From Azolla caroliniana (taxonomy: Eukaryota > Plantae > Polypodiophyta): 64,000 nucleotides of DNA. Where the stretch lies: positions 23,188,001-23,252,000 of the forward strand of contig JBHGNT010000005.1 of assembly GCA_043228905.1 (NCBI GenBank), in the 5' to 3' direction. The notes under the pieces were generated by a model, which was not told the origin of the DNA, did not search any database, and was given only the letters and a program-made list of their open reading frames with translations. The position numbers and the translations under genes were made by a program. This document shows, piece by piece, positions 52,601-64,000 of the stretch (the stretch's first letter is position 1; every line of letters begins with the position of its first letter).

Positions 52601-53219
52601 TAAAAACTGGCACATCCTTGAAGTAGCAAGGGCAATGATGAACGAAAAGAATCTGCCAAAATAGCTAGACAATTGCTTTTGTTTATATGCATCTAGGGAA
52701 ATCATTATGTATGTATGAAGAGTTTTGTAAGATAGTTAGAATAGGTCGTCGTCTGTGTAACTGAGGGAGAACATCTAAGAGAGGTAGAGTGTGAGTAAGT
52801 GTAACTCCATAGTCGTCTATTGGCGAAGAAGAACTCGAGGTCATTTCCTCTGAGTTTCTTGTTGTACTCCCCTCATCATCATAGTGATATGTTTGTGGAC
52901 TCCACATGGTTTTTCGCAGTTCGGGTTTCCATGATAAAATCTATGTGTTCTCTGTTTCTAGTTATTTTATTTTTCGGTTTTCTGTCCGAGTGTTTATTTC
53001 CTGCACACGAATATACGAACGGTAACCGGTTGTGGCCCATTGCGAGCGCAACAGGCCAAGTCCAAAGATGGACAAAGGGAAGGCCAAAATGCTAGAATAT
53101 GAAGACAATCAATCCGACGACAACGAATCAACTCACTCAGTCGGCAGTGAGTTTGGTGTCTTTGATGTGTCTCTTATAAGGACACCTGGAGTGAAGAAAA
53201 CTATTGCCATGATAAACAA

Positions 53220-54202
53220 TGTCGTGAAGATCCGTCACTACGCGCGGATCGTGAGGCGGAACCGCCGGGGTTCTGGACCAGAAGGATTTAGAGTCGATAC
53301 AAGCTTTGGCGAGAAAGTACTTAAGATAGATTGGGAAAGAGAGAAGATGAGATTACATGATTGATTTGATAACGAATTTCTTCTTCTTCTTAATTTTCAT
53401 AAAAAAAACCGTCTTTTTCTCCTCCCTCTTCCCTCTTTTATAGATGCTCTCATGCATATGATGCATGTGAGGGTACAAGACATGCATAAATTGCATGTTT
53501 GCCATTTGGCGCTTAAGTATTACATGTGGTGCATGCTAACCATGTCACTCATTTTAGCACTCATGGATGAGAATTTACATGTAAAAGTACAATGATAGAA
53601 ATATAATTTCAACTAAATACCATGGCTTAATGGTAAGCCATTTGACTCCTAACTTGGAGGTGCAAGGTTTGAATCTATACTTGCCCTCCTTGATATGTAA
53701 ATATGTATATATTTTTATATATTTATTTTATCTAGTCGCCGGTTCGCCGGATGCCGTCGCCGGATACCGGTGCCGCCATCGGATTGCCGTCGGATGCCGT
53801 CGGATCACCGGCTCCATCGCCGGTCCGGTTTTGGTTGGCCAAAACCCTTTTCGAGTAGCTAGCCACCTCCACTCTAAGTTCAAGTTACCTTGAACTCTCT
53901 ATGCTCCACACATAGACACAAAGATAATATCTTTTGCTCCACCTTATATATAATGAGAGCTGTATTTGTCGTGCCTATGTGGGATATCTCACAAATTTCT
54001 CTTTTCTTTTCACAAACTTTATACCCTCATATCTTGACATTTAGTTGTCCATTTCTCGTGTAATAAAGTGCATTCGAAACCTCCATCATTTTGTACTTAG
54101 ATATTAAAAATGTTATCTTCACAATTATTGTATTACGTGATTCATACTCGATTTTGTACGTTCTATGGGATTTTCACACTATTGCCGAAAATCTTCACGA
54201 CA
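53220..54202 (-). repeat. 3' LTR (983 bp)
   Basis: Near-identical to 59735-60960 apart from an internal duplication and deletion. Confidence 0.95.
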
Positions 54203-54274
54203 TCCACCCCCACCAAACCGCACGTCCTCCGGTACGTGCCAAGAAGAGAAGAAGTGAGATTTCGGCTACGATGA

Positions 54275-57200
54275 TCAATTAGATTCCTCCATGTCTTCAT
54301 TTTCATCCGGCCTATTATGTTCATCGTCGAGGTAATCGAGGTCAGGATCCTTGTCTTGTCTTTTCTTGAAAAACTTTACTCTTTTTCCCGCAATGGGTAC
54401 GGCCAACCTTGATCCATCTAGTTCCGCAAGGTGGTATGTGGCATTATCGTTGGCACTTGTCACCACATACGGCCCGAACCATCTTCTTGCGAACTTCCTT
54501 GTTGTACTATGTTGATTATCAAGGGTGTTGTTGTAAACCAAAACCCAATCCCCTTCTTCAATCTTCTTGGGACGAAGTCGATGCGTGTTGTCGAACCGAA
54601 CTTTGTTCTTTACTCGGGCTGCCTTCGTCATCTTTCGCGCTTTTTCTAAATCTTCAGGTCTTCTTTCAAGTTGCCTTATCCGCGCCGCTAATAACTCTTC
54701 TCGGCTCATCTCGTTCTCCCACGATATCGCTACCCATGAGGCGATCGTCCTTTCGATGGGCATAATCGGCTTTTGTCCATACATAAGCTCCGTCGGCATA
54801 TACCCTGTCACCGAGCTATGTGTCGTTCTATCGGCCCACAAGGCATAGGGTAATAGTCGTGGCCAATTCCCGACTCGACCGTTGCATGCCCGTACGATGG
54901 CTTTAACGATAGGTCCATGCCCTCGCTCAATCTTCCCATTTGCTTCCGGATTGTAGGCAGTCGTGAGGGAGAGCTTCACGCCTAGTCTTCCGAAGAGCTC
55001 CGTCGCTTCGTGTGCGTCCAACTCCCCTCGGTCGGCCACTATCTTCCCTACACATCCATATCGGCAAACAACATCTTCAAGTAAAAATTTACAAACGGCT
55101 GAAGTCGTCTTATTTGTCAAGGCTCGTCCTTCCACTTGATTTGTCAAGTCTTCCCTTGCGAGCGCTAAGTACTTCATTTGTCCCACTCCCATTGGCATCG
55201 AGACCAGATCCACCATCCATTTGAAGTGAATGGTGAGTGGGTATGTCGGCTTTAACTCATCACGATGACGTATATTTGAATATATTTGGCAAGTTTCACA
55301 TGTGGACACGAAATGGAGTACATCTTTGTACATGCTTGGCCACCAGTACTTCTCCTTCAATTTTTCGAACGTCGCCCATGTCCCTCTATGACCTGCCCAA
55401 GCACTCTCGTGGAATTCGGTCATCAGCGTCTCTTGCTCTTCTTTCTTTACCACCACTCGACGTGGTATTCCTGTCCTTCTTTTTGGATGTCGCCAAAGGA
55501 ATCCTCCCTTCAAGAAGTATCGATAAGCTTTCTTCCGGATTTGTAGGGCCTCCTCCTTTGTCAACGAAGCATCGGTCGTCAATGTTCTTAGGAATCTACC
55601 GATGAGTAACCACTCTCCTTCGTACTCGTTCTCGTTGAAGGCATGGAGGGTTTGCGTGTCTTGGTCTTCTGCCGACAATCGAGCCATCTTGAAGAAGTCG
55701 AGGGCGACATCTTCATCTTCCGAAACCATGTTACTTCCATTTGAAAATCTTGCCCTCGACAGCATATCAGCCATGGCGTTCTTCTTCCCTGCGATGTGAC
55801 GGATCTCTGGGTTTAAAGACTTGATGTAGGCGATCCACCTTAGCATAGCAAGATCTGGGGTTGCACATCCCGAGACCATTCCGAGAATTGGGAGACAATC
55901 TGTCTCTATTATCACTTCTAACCCTATCAGGTAATCTTTGTCCGTCTTCACTGCCGACACAATACCCCAAAGTTCCCGCTTGACTTGGGCATATCTTTGT
56001 TGCCGTTCGCTAAGAACCTTTGCTCCAAACCGGACGGCATATCGCGCATTATCTTCACCTTCTTGATTGATGACCCACCCGATGCCGGTTGGGCTCGTAT
56101 CTACGGTCACGTAAATTGGTTTCCCTTCGGCATAGTCGGCCTTCCTTAGTGCCGGAGCTTCAAGAAGCAGTTTCTTTAATCTTCGCATCGCCTCTGTGTG
56201 CTCATCTCGCCATTCGAACTTTATTCTTTTCTTTAGTAGTCCATATAACGGTTCGGCGACATGAGCGTAGTGAGGAATCCATATATGATAAAATGCGCAC
56301 GCTCCAAGGAACCTTCGAACCTCCGTTTGGTTTTCGCATTCGTCTTTCATGTCTTGGATTGCGTTCACTTTGGATGGCGAGGGCTTCCAGCTGTATGCTC
56401 CACACAAGTGACCTACCACCAAGATCTCCGGTTGCCCGAATGCGGATTTTTCTCCCGAAAATGTCAAATTCGCATCTTTGAGCCTTTGAAGCACCTTCTC
56501 GCAATCTTTCATATGATCCGCAACGAACTTTCTACAACCTTACTTATCTTTCGATTCATCTTTCTCCTCATCCGAACATCCTTTTATCGGAATATCATCC
56601 AAGAATGGCATCGTGATGTCCGGAATGCAATCCTTCAAGACTTTATTCATGGCATTCACCATATGAGCCACCGAGTTCGTTGCGCCTTGGGGTAAGGTAC
56701 ACATCCGCACAAGCCCGATCGGAGTCCTCATGGTTGTAATGTCCCGACTGTCGATCGCCAACTGGAATTGGTCATATCCGGAGTAGAGATCGCCAATGGA
56801 GTAGATGGACCGGCCCGCAAACGCTTCAGCAAATTCGTCCACACTCGGACCGATTCCGGCATTTCGAATTGTCACCTTGTTGACGGGTTGAAGATCTTGG
56901 ATGAATCGCAATGATCCATTCTTCTTCGGCACCGTGAACCACCTATTGGAATAAGGAGCATTCGACGGTTCTAGAATTCCCATACTCACCTTCTCCTTTA
57001 AGAGCTCGATCAGCTTCCGAAGGTGTGCTCTCGGAACCGGTATCGGTTTCAAATTCCAAGGCACATGAGGCACCGTGAAGATCACCATTGGCTCTATAAC
57101 CTTTGGGTCGGCGCATCCGATTTCTCGTGGGAAGAATGCGAAAGCCTTCCCATGTCTCTCAAGCATATCGCGAAACATTCACTCCTCTTCAGGGAGAAGG

Positions 57201-57759
57201 AAATCCTCCTTTCCAACTCGTAGCTTCCCCTTCGTCTCTTTGGTGAAGTCATGACCTATCTTCTTCGGATCTCTTAAGCTTGGATCGTTAGCGACTTCCT
57301 TCATCTTTTGCCAGTTATCTTCCGGTAGCGGAATCGCAACTGGCTTGATCTTCTTATCCACCGTTTTATATTTCGTGTTGATGTCAGCTTCCTTCATCGA
57401 GATGCCACGATGGTATTCATCGATGATAACGTACATGTTGACGGAGTTAACCGAAATCACGCATTGGTTGTGAAGATAGCTCAAGTCCACGATGTCCTCG
57501 ATTTCGCCGATGGTGTCGTTAAATGAGGCTTCTTCCATAATATGAGTCACGAACTCCCCTTCTTCTATTATGTTCTCTTCTTTCAGCATCTTCTCGAATT
57601 CTTGTATCCGGTGCTTGTGCTTCTTGTCAGGTAGTACTAGTTTACATGCGCCACTAGGTGTGACACATGTTGCTTCTCCTTGCAATCCACGCGCTCTTCT
57701 TTCTTGTGGGGTCTTGTGATTGCTCGGACTATTTGTGCCCCATGCTTCAATAGTCCGCT
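54275..57759 (-). pseudogene. pol (spacer-RT-RNaseH-integrase), in the -1 frame relative to gag, with in-frame stops at 57179-57181 and 56540-56542
   Basis: RT IGDLYSGYDQF, LPQGATNS, FLDD; RH TVDTSPTGIG, RELWGIV, ETDC; INT HHCC, WMVDL, VADRGE, YNPEANGKIERG, WFGPY; the ORF pieces share one frame. Confidence 0.93.
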
Positions 57760-59673
57760 CTAAAAATCCGAGGATTCGCCTCCGAGACTATCTCGATTCC
57801 TTTCATGATTGGCTCGCACTGTTAGGAATTGGACCGATCTTTGGTTGTCAAGACTCTTTATTCGTGCGAAGGCTGCTCCATTATCGAACACTTTGGTCTG
57901 CATCCGAGATGATGTGATATAAGGTTTCCCTAGGATGACAGGATGCGACGCCGATTCTTGTACGAAGAAGTGTTGATCCATCTCCACATCCCCGATCGTG
58001 ACTTTAACATTGGGACAAGCTCCGTACAAGTCCTCCGTAGACTTTGTTGCCGCGCGAATCTTCCATCCGTGGTTTGTATTGATTGGCCATCTTCCCTTTT
58101 TGTAGAAGTCGGTTGACATGAGGTTGATCTCCGAGCCGTGGTCGATCAAGGCTACGACGGTCTCTTTCTTCTCCCCGATCTTCACCGGCGTCTCCGTTGT
58201 CGCTCGTGCCCAATGAGGTCGAGTGTAGTGGCTGTCCACCATATCTTCATCAATTTCGTCTCTTGCCATCGTTATGGCATTCATTTTTGCTTTCTGCGGC
58301 TTCTCTTCTTCCTCGTCCGATTGTTGTCTCTTTCTCTTTACAAGGTCCACGATCGTGTCATGGAACTCCTTCTTCGTAATGCCAAGCAATTCCCTCAAGG
58401 ACAAAGTTACGTGGCTATCAAGAACTCGTTCTTCGAGAATCTTCTTTAGGTCTGTCATCTGCTCTATGTCCGACCTTAGCTTATAGGTAGGTATGGTCCT
58501 TGTCCTCCGAGCGGGGTCTTCGACACCAACCTTCACGGGCCAAACCGTTTCTTCAACTCGTATGCTCGGCTCCCCTTTTCGGCTTGATTCTCGTTCCTCC
58601 GTTTGTAAAGGTCGACTCGTCTTCGCATCGTCCTTCTTTTTCGCGTTCCTTGTTTTATGTCTTTTTGATGGCCCTTGCTCTTCTATTCTCTTTCTCTTTT
58701 CTTCGACGAACACCTCGTGGTTGTCGCACATCACCTCTGCAAGTATGGTGTTGTCGTCTATGTATACGATATTTTGTCGAATCGCCTCTCGAAGGCTCGC
58801 ACAATCCCTTCTCATGTGGTCCATGCTATCGCACCACACGCATCTAAAGGGTTCTTTTCCTTTAGGGCCCCGACGATTCATGTTGGCTAGAGTGACCTTC
58901 TCGAACTTCTTCGCTAGCTCTTCGATGATGTCGTCATCAATCTTTTTTTCTTCCACATTACTTTGTCTCAGCGGCTCAGCTACTTTCGGCGGTCTTGCTT
59001 TCTCCGTGGTAGTCGGTCCCGTCAAGTCAGTGTCATCAACCCATTGGCGACGCTTGTCGAGCCTATTGCATGCCCGCTTCACCGCGATCCAGTCCGCTAC
59101 GAGCCCATTTGCTTGGGTATCATCTTCGAGAAGAGTCCCCAACTCCCGTCTATCCTTTATGTCCACGGCCTTCAAGAAGTACAAAGTCTTGTCCTCTTCA
59201 AGCAACACTTGGTCCGTATTGGGGAGACGACTAAACATCTAGTCGAATTCATCGTACACCCTCGAGACGCTCATCTTCTTATTCTTCTTCTCTATCCACT
59301 TCATCAGGGCATGTCGAGTCATCCTCGTTGAGTCTTCAGTCACGAACTCCGCTAGTATCGTTTTCTTGAACTCGGACCATGTTGTCTTTCCTTCTTGAAG
59401 CTCGATGACGCGTCTTTGGATGTTGTTGGCGACAACTCTCTTGAAGCTTGCGATTTGACGTGCCTCGGACATGTCCCTTTGATTCATCTCCCTCTTATAT
59501 GCATCAAGGAACTTCGTAACGTTCCTTCCATCGAATTGGCCCTCGAGCTCTACGACACGATCGACAGCCTTCTCCACGCTCGCGTCGTTGTCTCGAGATC
59601 TCATCATTTGCTCGACGATTAGCATCATCCTTTCGAGCTCTCCTGCTTGGTTGCTTGAGGACACCATCTCCAA
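57760..59673 (-). pseudogene. gag-protease ORF with one in-frame stop at 59239-59241
   Basis: FDGRNVTKFL, knuckle CVWCDSMDHMRRDC, protease ALIDHGSEINL...VILGKPY, ends SSDF*. Confidence 0.9.
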
Positions 59674-59708
59674 GTATTAATCTCGACTTGATCCTTCCTA
59701 CCGCCTCT

Positions 59709-59726
59709 TTCACGTCGGGTTCACCA
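59709..59726 (-). promoter_or_regulatory. Primer-binding site complementary to the 3' 18 nt of tRNA-Trp
   Basis: + strand TTCACGTCGGGTTCACCA matches the recalled 3' end of plant cytosolic tRNA-Trp plus CCA. Confidence 0.85.
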
Positions 59727-59734
59727 CTTAATTA

Positions 59735-60960
59735 TGTCGTGAAGATCCGTCACTACGCGCGGATCGTGAGGCGGAACCGCCGGGGTTCTGGACCAGAAGG
59801 ATTTAGAGTCGATACAAGCTTTGGCGAGAAAGTACTTAAGATAGATTGGGAAAGAGAGAAGATGAGATTACACGATTGATTTGATAACGAATTTCTTCTT
59901 CTTCTTAATTTTCATAAAAAAAACCGTCTTTTTCTCCTCCCCCTTCCCTCTTTTATAGATGCTCTCATGCATATGATGCATGTGAGGGTACAAGACATGC
60001 ATAAATTGCATGTTTGCCATTTGGCGCTTAAGTATTACATGTGGTGCATGCTAACCATGTCACTCATTTTAGCACTCATGGATGAGAATTTACATGTAAA
60101 AGTACAATGATAGAAATATAATTTCAACTAAATACCATGGCTTAATGGTAAGCCATTTGACTCCTAACTTGGAGGTGCAAGGTTTGAATCTATACTTGCC
60201 CTCCTTGTATATGTAAATATGTATATATTTTTATATATTTATTTTATCTAGTCGCCGGTTCGCCGGATGCCGTCGCCGGATACCGGTGCCGCCACAAGAT
60301 GCCGGTGCCGCCGCCGGATGCCGGATACCGGTGCCGCATGCTGCGGTCGGATGCCGTCGGATCACCGGCTCCATCGCCGATCCGGCGAATCCATACTTGC
60401 CCTCCTTGTATATGTAAATATGTATATATTTTTATATATTTATTTTATCTAGTCGCCGGTTCGCCGGATGCCGTCGCCGGATACTGGTGCCGCCACAAGA
60501 TGCCGGTGCCGCCGCCGGATGCCGGATACCGGTGCCGCATGCTGCGGTCGGATGCCGTCGGATCACCGGCTCCATCGCCGGTCCGGTTGTGGTTGGCCAA
60601 AACCCTTTTCGAGTAGCTAGCCACCTCCACTCTAAGTTCAAGTTACCTTGAACTCTCTATGCTCCACACATAGACACAAAGATAATATCTTTTGCTCCAC
60701 CTTATATATGATGAGAGCTGTATTTGTCGTGCCTATGTGGGATATCTCACAAATTTCTCTTTTCTTTTCACAAACTTTATACCCTCATATCTTGACATTT
60801 AGTTGTCCATTTCTCGTGTAATAAAGTGCATTCGAAACCTCCATCATTTTGTACTTAGATATTAAAAATGTTATCTTCACAATTATTGTATTACGTGATT
60901 CATACTCGATTTTGTACGTTTTATGGGATTTTCACACTATTGCCGAAAATCTTCACGACA
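59735..60960 (-). repeat. 5' LTR (1226 bp) with an internal 201-bp tandem duplication
   Basis: ATACTTGCCCTCCTTGTATATG at 60192 and 60393; minus-strand TATAAAA near 59950-59957. Confidence 0.95.
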
Positions 60961-62096
60961 ACGAAAAACTCTATCACTCCACCCGAGAAAAGAATCCAGT
61001 TAGCCAATTCGGCTACCACAACTATATGGCATATCGCTATGCCTTTATGATGAAGGTGACAATTGTTCGTGAACCGGAAAGCTTTACCAAACCCACTAAA
61101 GATTCGCAATGGGTCGAATCGATGAATGAAGAGATGCAAGCTCTCTCTAAGAACGAGACATGGGATCTCGTCCCCCACTCACCTCACAAGAAGGCAATCA
61201 ATTGCAAATGGATATTCAAGGTGAAGTATAATGTGACGGCTCTGTGAGCCGCTATAAAGCCCGACTCATAACAAAAGGATACACACAAACACTTGGAGTC
61301 GACTATGAAGAGACCTTTGCCCCAGTGGAAAAGATGCCTCCAAGCAAGCAAATCACATCTCGGTCGAGTCCAAAGATGGACAAAGGGAAGGCCAAAATGC
61401 CGGAATATGAAGATGATCGATCTAACGACAACAAATCAACTCACTTAGTCAACAGTGAGTTTGGTGTCTTTTATGTGCCTCTTATAAGGACACCTAGAGT
61501 GAAGAAAACTATTGCCATGATAAACGAAAAGTTGTATAGCTCCACTTGAGAAAAGAATCTAGTTAGCCGATTCGGCTACCACAACTATATGGCATATCAC
61601 TATGCCTTTATGATGAAGCTAGCAATTGTTCGTGAACCAGAGAGATTTACAAAGACACTAAAGATTCGTAATGAGTCGAAGCGATGAATGAGGAGATGCG
61701 AGCTCTCTTTAAGACTGAGACATGGGATCTCGTCCCCCACTCACCTCACAAGAAGGAAATCGATTGCAAATGGATATTCATGGTGAAGTATAATCCGATG
61801 GCTCTGTGAGTCACTATAAAGGCCGACTCATAGCATAAGGATACACACAAACACATGGAGTCAACTATTAAGAGACCTTTGCCCCAGTGGCAAAGATGAC
61901 GATTGTTCGAACTGTGATTGCACTCGCAGCGGCAAAAGGGTGGCACCTCCACTAGATGGACATCAAGAACGTCTTTCTTCAAGGAGAATTAGAAGAGGTG
62001 TACATGGTACAACCACCCGGCTTCGAATCCAACAACCATCCAAAAGTAGTCTACCGACTAAAGAAGCCACTCTATGGCTTTGAGAAGGCACCACGT

Positions 62097-62153
62097 TGTC
62101 GAGGTATTCCTCGCGGATGCGTGGAGTGAGGCGGGACCTCAGGGGCCCTGTAC

Positions 62154-62191
<38 letters not shown>

Positions 62192-64000
62192 CACTACGTG
62201 CGAGCGTAGATTCACAGGGACACGGCCCTTCGACGCAAAGACGCGAGTGGGACAGCGACACAGAAAGACACGAAAGTATGTATGTATTGACAAGACAAAC
62301 AACAAGAACACGAAGACAACAAAACACGAAGTCGGTTACAGCCGAACAGGCCGGCGAACAGATGCCGATACCTGCTCGTAAACGCACAGAGGGGAATGAG
62401 TAGGTTGGAGGTGCTACCGGAAGCACTCGGGCATTCCTCAGAGCAGCGCGGGCCTCCCGAAACCTGCACAGAAGGAAGCTATGGCGTTTGCAACCGGAAA
62501 GAGAGAGAGAGAGAGAGAAGCCTTCGCGCGCAAACCGACAGCACTTCGTCCTCGACTCTCCGCGATCCCCTTACTCTCCTCGTCTCCCTCCTTTTATAGG
62601 CAAGGAAGGAGCCGTTTCCCCTTTACTCCCTACCTACCGAATCTACCTAGGATCTCCTATATACAACTTAAGGCGCACGTGCATGAAGAGTCGGTTTCCA
62701 TGCTCCGGTACACCGATTCCGCCTGTGGACGGTTTTCTTCACGACATCCGCCCCCACCTAACCACGCATCCACCGGCATGCGCCAAATTGGGTTGGGACG
62801 GAGAAAACCGGTCCAGCCTTTATTCCCCGCCCGTCGGTTCTTCCTCGATTTCGGATCGCTCGTCGTCGCGGTCCAAGTCAACCTGATCCGGCTCGTCGTC
62901 GTGACGCTTCTTGAACGTCTTGATCCGCTTCCCAGCTACCGGTATCGTCATTCTCGTACCGTCAAGTTCCGCCAGATGGTACGTCCCGTTGTCGTTGGCG
63001 CTTTGTACCACGTAAGGCCCGAACCACCTTCTTGCGAACTTCCGTGTCGCTCGGTGCTGGTTGTCGAGGCCGCTGTCGTAGACTAGCACCCAGTCGCCTT
63101 CCTCGATCTTCTTCGGTCGGAGCCGGTGTGTTCGGTCGAACCGGGCTTTGTTCCTCATCCTTGCTTCCTGAAGCTTTTCCGCAGCCTGCTCCACGTCCTC
63201 CGGTCTCCGCTCGAGCTGTCGTATGCGCGCCGTCAACAGTTCCTCCCGGCTCATCTCGTCTCTCCAGTCCACGGTTGCCCATGAGGAGACCGTACGTTCG
63301 ATCGGCATGATCGGCTTCTGCCCAAACATGAGCTCTGCCGGCATGAATCCGGTTACCGAACTGTGCGTAGTCCGGTCAGCCCACAACACGTAAGGCAGTA
63401 GCCGCGGCCAGTTCCCGACTCGACCTCCGCAAGCCCGAACTAACGCCTTGACGATCGGTCCGTGTCCGCGCTCCACCTTTCCATTCGCCTCCGGATTGTA
63501 CGCAGTGGTAAGCGAGAGCTTGACTCCTAGCCGGTCGAACAGCTCCTCGGCCTCTTCGGCGTCCAACTCCCCGCGATCAGCCACGATCTTCCCGACGCAC
63601 CTGTACCGGCATATTACGTCCTCGAGCAGGAACCGACATACGGCTGCAGTCGTTTTGTTCTGAAGGGCCCGACCTTCCACCTGGTTCATTAGATCTTCCC
63701 GAGCCAGGACCAGATACCGCATCTGTCCTACTCCTATCGGCATCGTTACCAGGTCTACCATCCATTTGAAGTGGATGGTCGGAGGGTACGTAGGGTGAAG
63801 TTCGTCCCGGTGTCGGACTATGGAGTGCATCTGACAGCTCTCGCAAGTTGTCACGAATCGATGCACGTCCCCCTACAGTCCCGGCCACCAGTACTTCCCC
63901 TTTATCTTCTCGAACGTGGCCCAGGTTCCACGGTGTCCGGCCCAAGGGCTGTCGTGGTAGGTCGTTAGCAGCTCCTCCTGTTCTTCCTTCATCGCCACCA
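62097..64000 (-). mobile_element. Second Gypsy of the same lineage but a different family: 3' LTR 62097-62746, PPT, integrase 62820 to beyond the window
   Basis: TGTCG...CTTCACGACA ends; PPT GGGGGCGGA; integrase highly similar to 54275-55400 (FKWMVDLV, KIVADRGELDA, RRWFGPY); LTR body unrelated to the first family. Confidence 0.92.

Larger units (their letters stand above)
53220..60960 (-). mobile_element. Full-length, young non-chromovirus Ty3/Gypsy retrotransposon (possibly Phygy/Selgy-like)
   Basis: LTRs 53220-54202 and 59735-60960 with 12-bp inverted ends TGTCGTGAAGAT...ATCTTCACGACA; PPT GGGGGTGGA at 54203-54211; tRNA-Trp PBS; TSD ACAA/ACGA; domain order gag-PR-RT-RH-INT; no chromodomain. 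Confidence 0.96.
50038..62096 (+). mobile_element. Decayed Ty1/Copia host element (LTR ~50038-50453, iMet PBS 50454-50465, gag-PR-INT-RT) interrupted by Gypsy insertions at 53220 and 62097
   Basis: CA|TGGTATCAGAGC; gag from 50628 (DKLDRNNFAAWEYK); INT DTPQQNGVAERKNRHILE; [50 protein letters not shown]; internal ~0.5 kb duplication; left LTR edge tentative. Confidence 0.85.

Noticed and set aside
52660-53010. Additional solo LTR inside the Copia
   Set aside because: LTR-like composition, but termini and TSD could not be defined by eye
53619-53690. Functional tRNA gene inside the LTR
   Set aside because: Acceptor and anticodon stems do not pair; reported only as a tRNA-like module
56540-59241. 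Programmed stop-codon readthrough at the in-frame stops of gag and pol
   Set aside because: The TAG, TGA and TAA codons lie within otherwise continuous coding regions and are simply explained by C>T decay of CAG, CGA and CAA
58493-59242. 249-aa antisense ORF in the Gypsy gag region (and similar antisense ORFs over pol, the LecRK and RH39 exon 9)
   Set aside because: Shadow frames of coding sequence with no recognisable motifs

Overview
Eukaryotic land-plant nuclear DNA; the transposon content suggests a non-seed plant such as a fern, which is an inference. The first ~17 kb is gene-rich, with three spliced genes: a DUF1664 protein (5'-truncated by the window), the chloroplast DEAD-box helicase RH39, and a monoacylglycerol lipase/caffeoyl-shikimate-esterase-like hydrolase. 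From ~17 kb to the end the window is mostly nested, decayed retroelements (several Ty3/Gypsy and Ty1/Copia elements and one LINE), plus one intact intronless L-type lectin receptor kinase, a tRNA-Leu copy, a small rpoA-like plastid fragment and many tandem repeats. The youngest element is a full-length non-chromovirus Gypsy (53220-60960) with a tRNA-Trp PBS, a 4-bp TSD and a -1 frameshift signal after Gag-PR. The most notable patterns are tRNA-like A-box/B-box modules in the U3 regions of three unrelated LTRs, a Tf1-type 11-nt self-priming signature, and a plant-virus-like GGAUUUU-plus-hairpin frameshift cassette. All coordinates, alignments and family calls were made by eye, and reference tRNA and protein sequences were recalled from memory.
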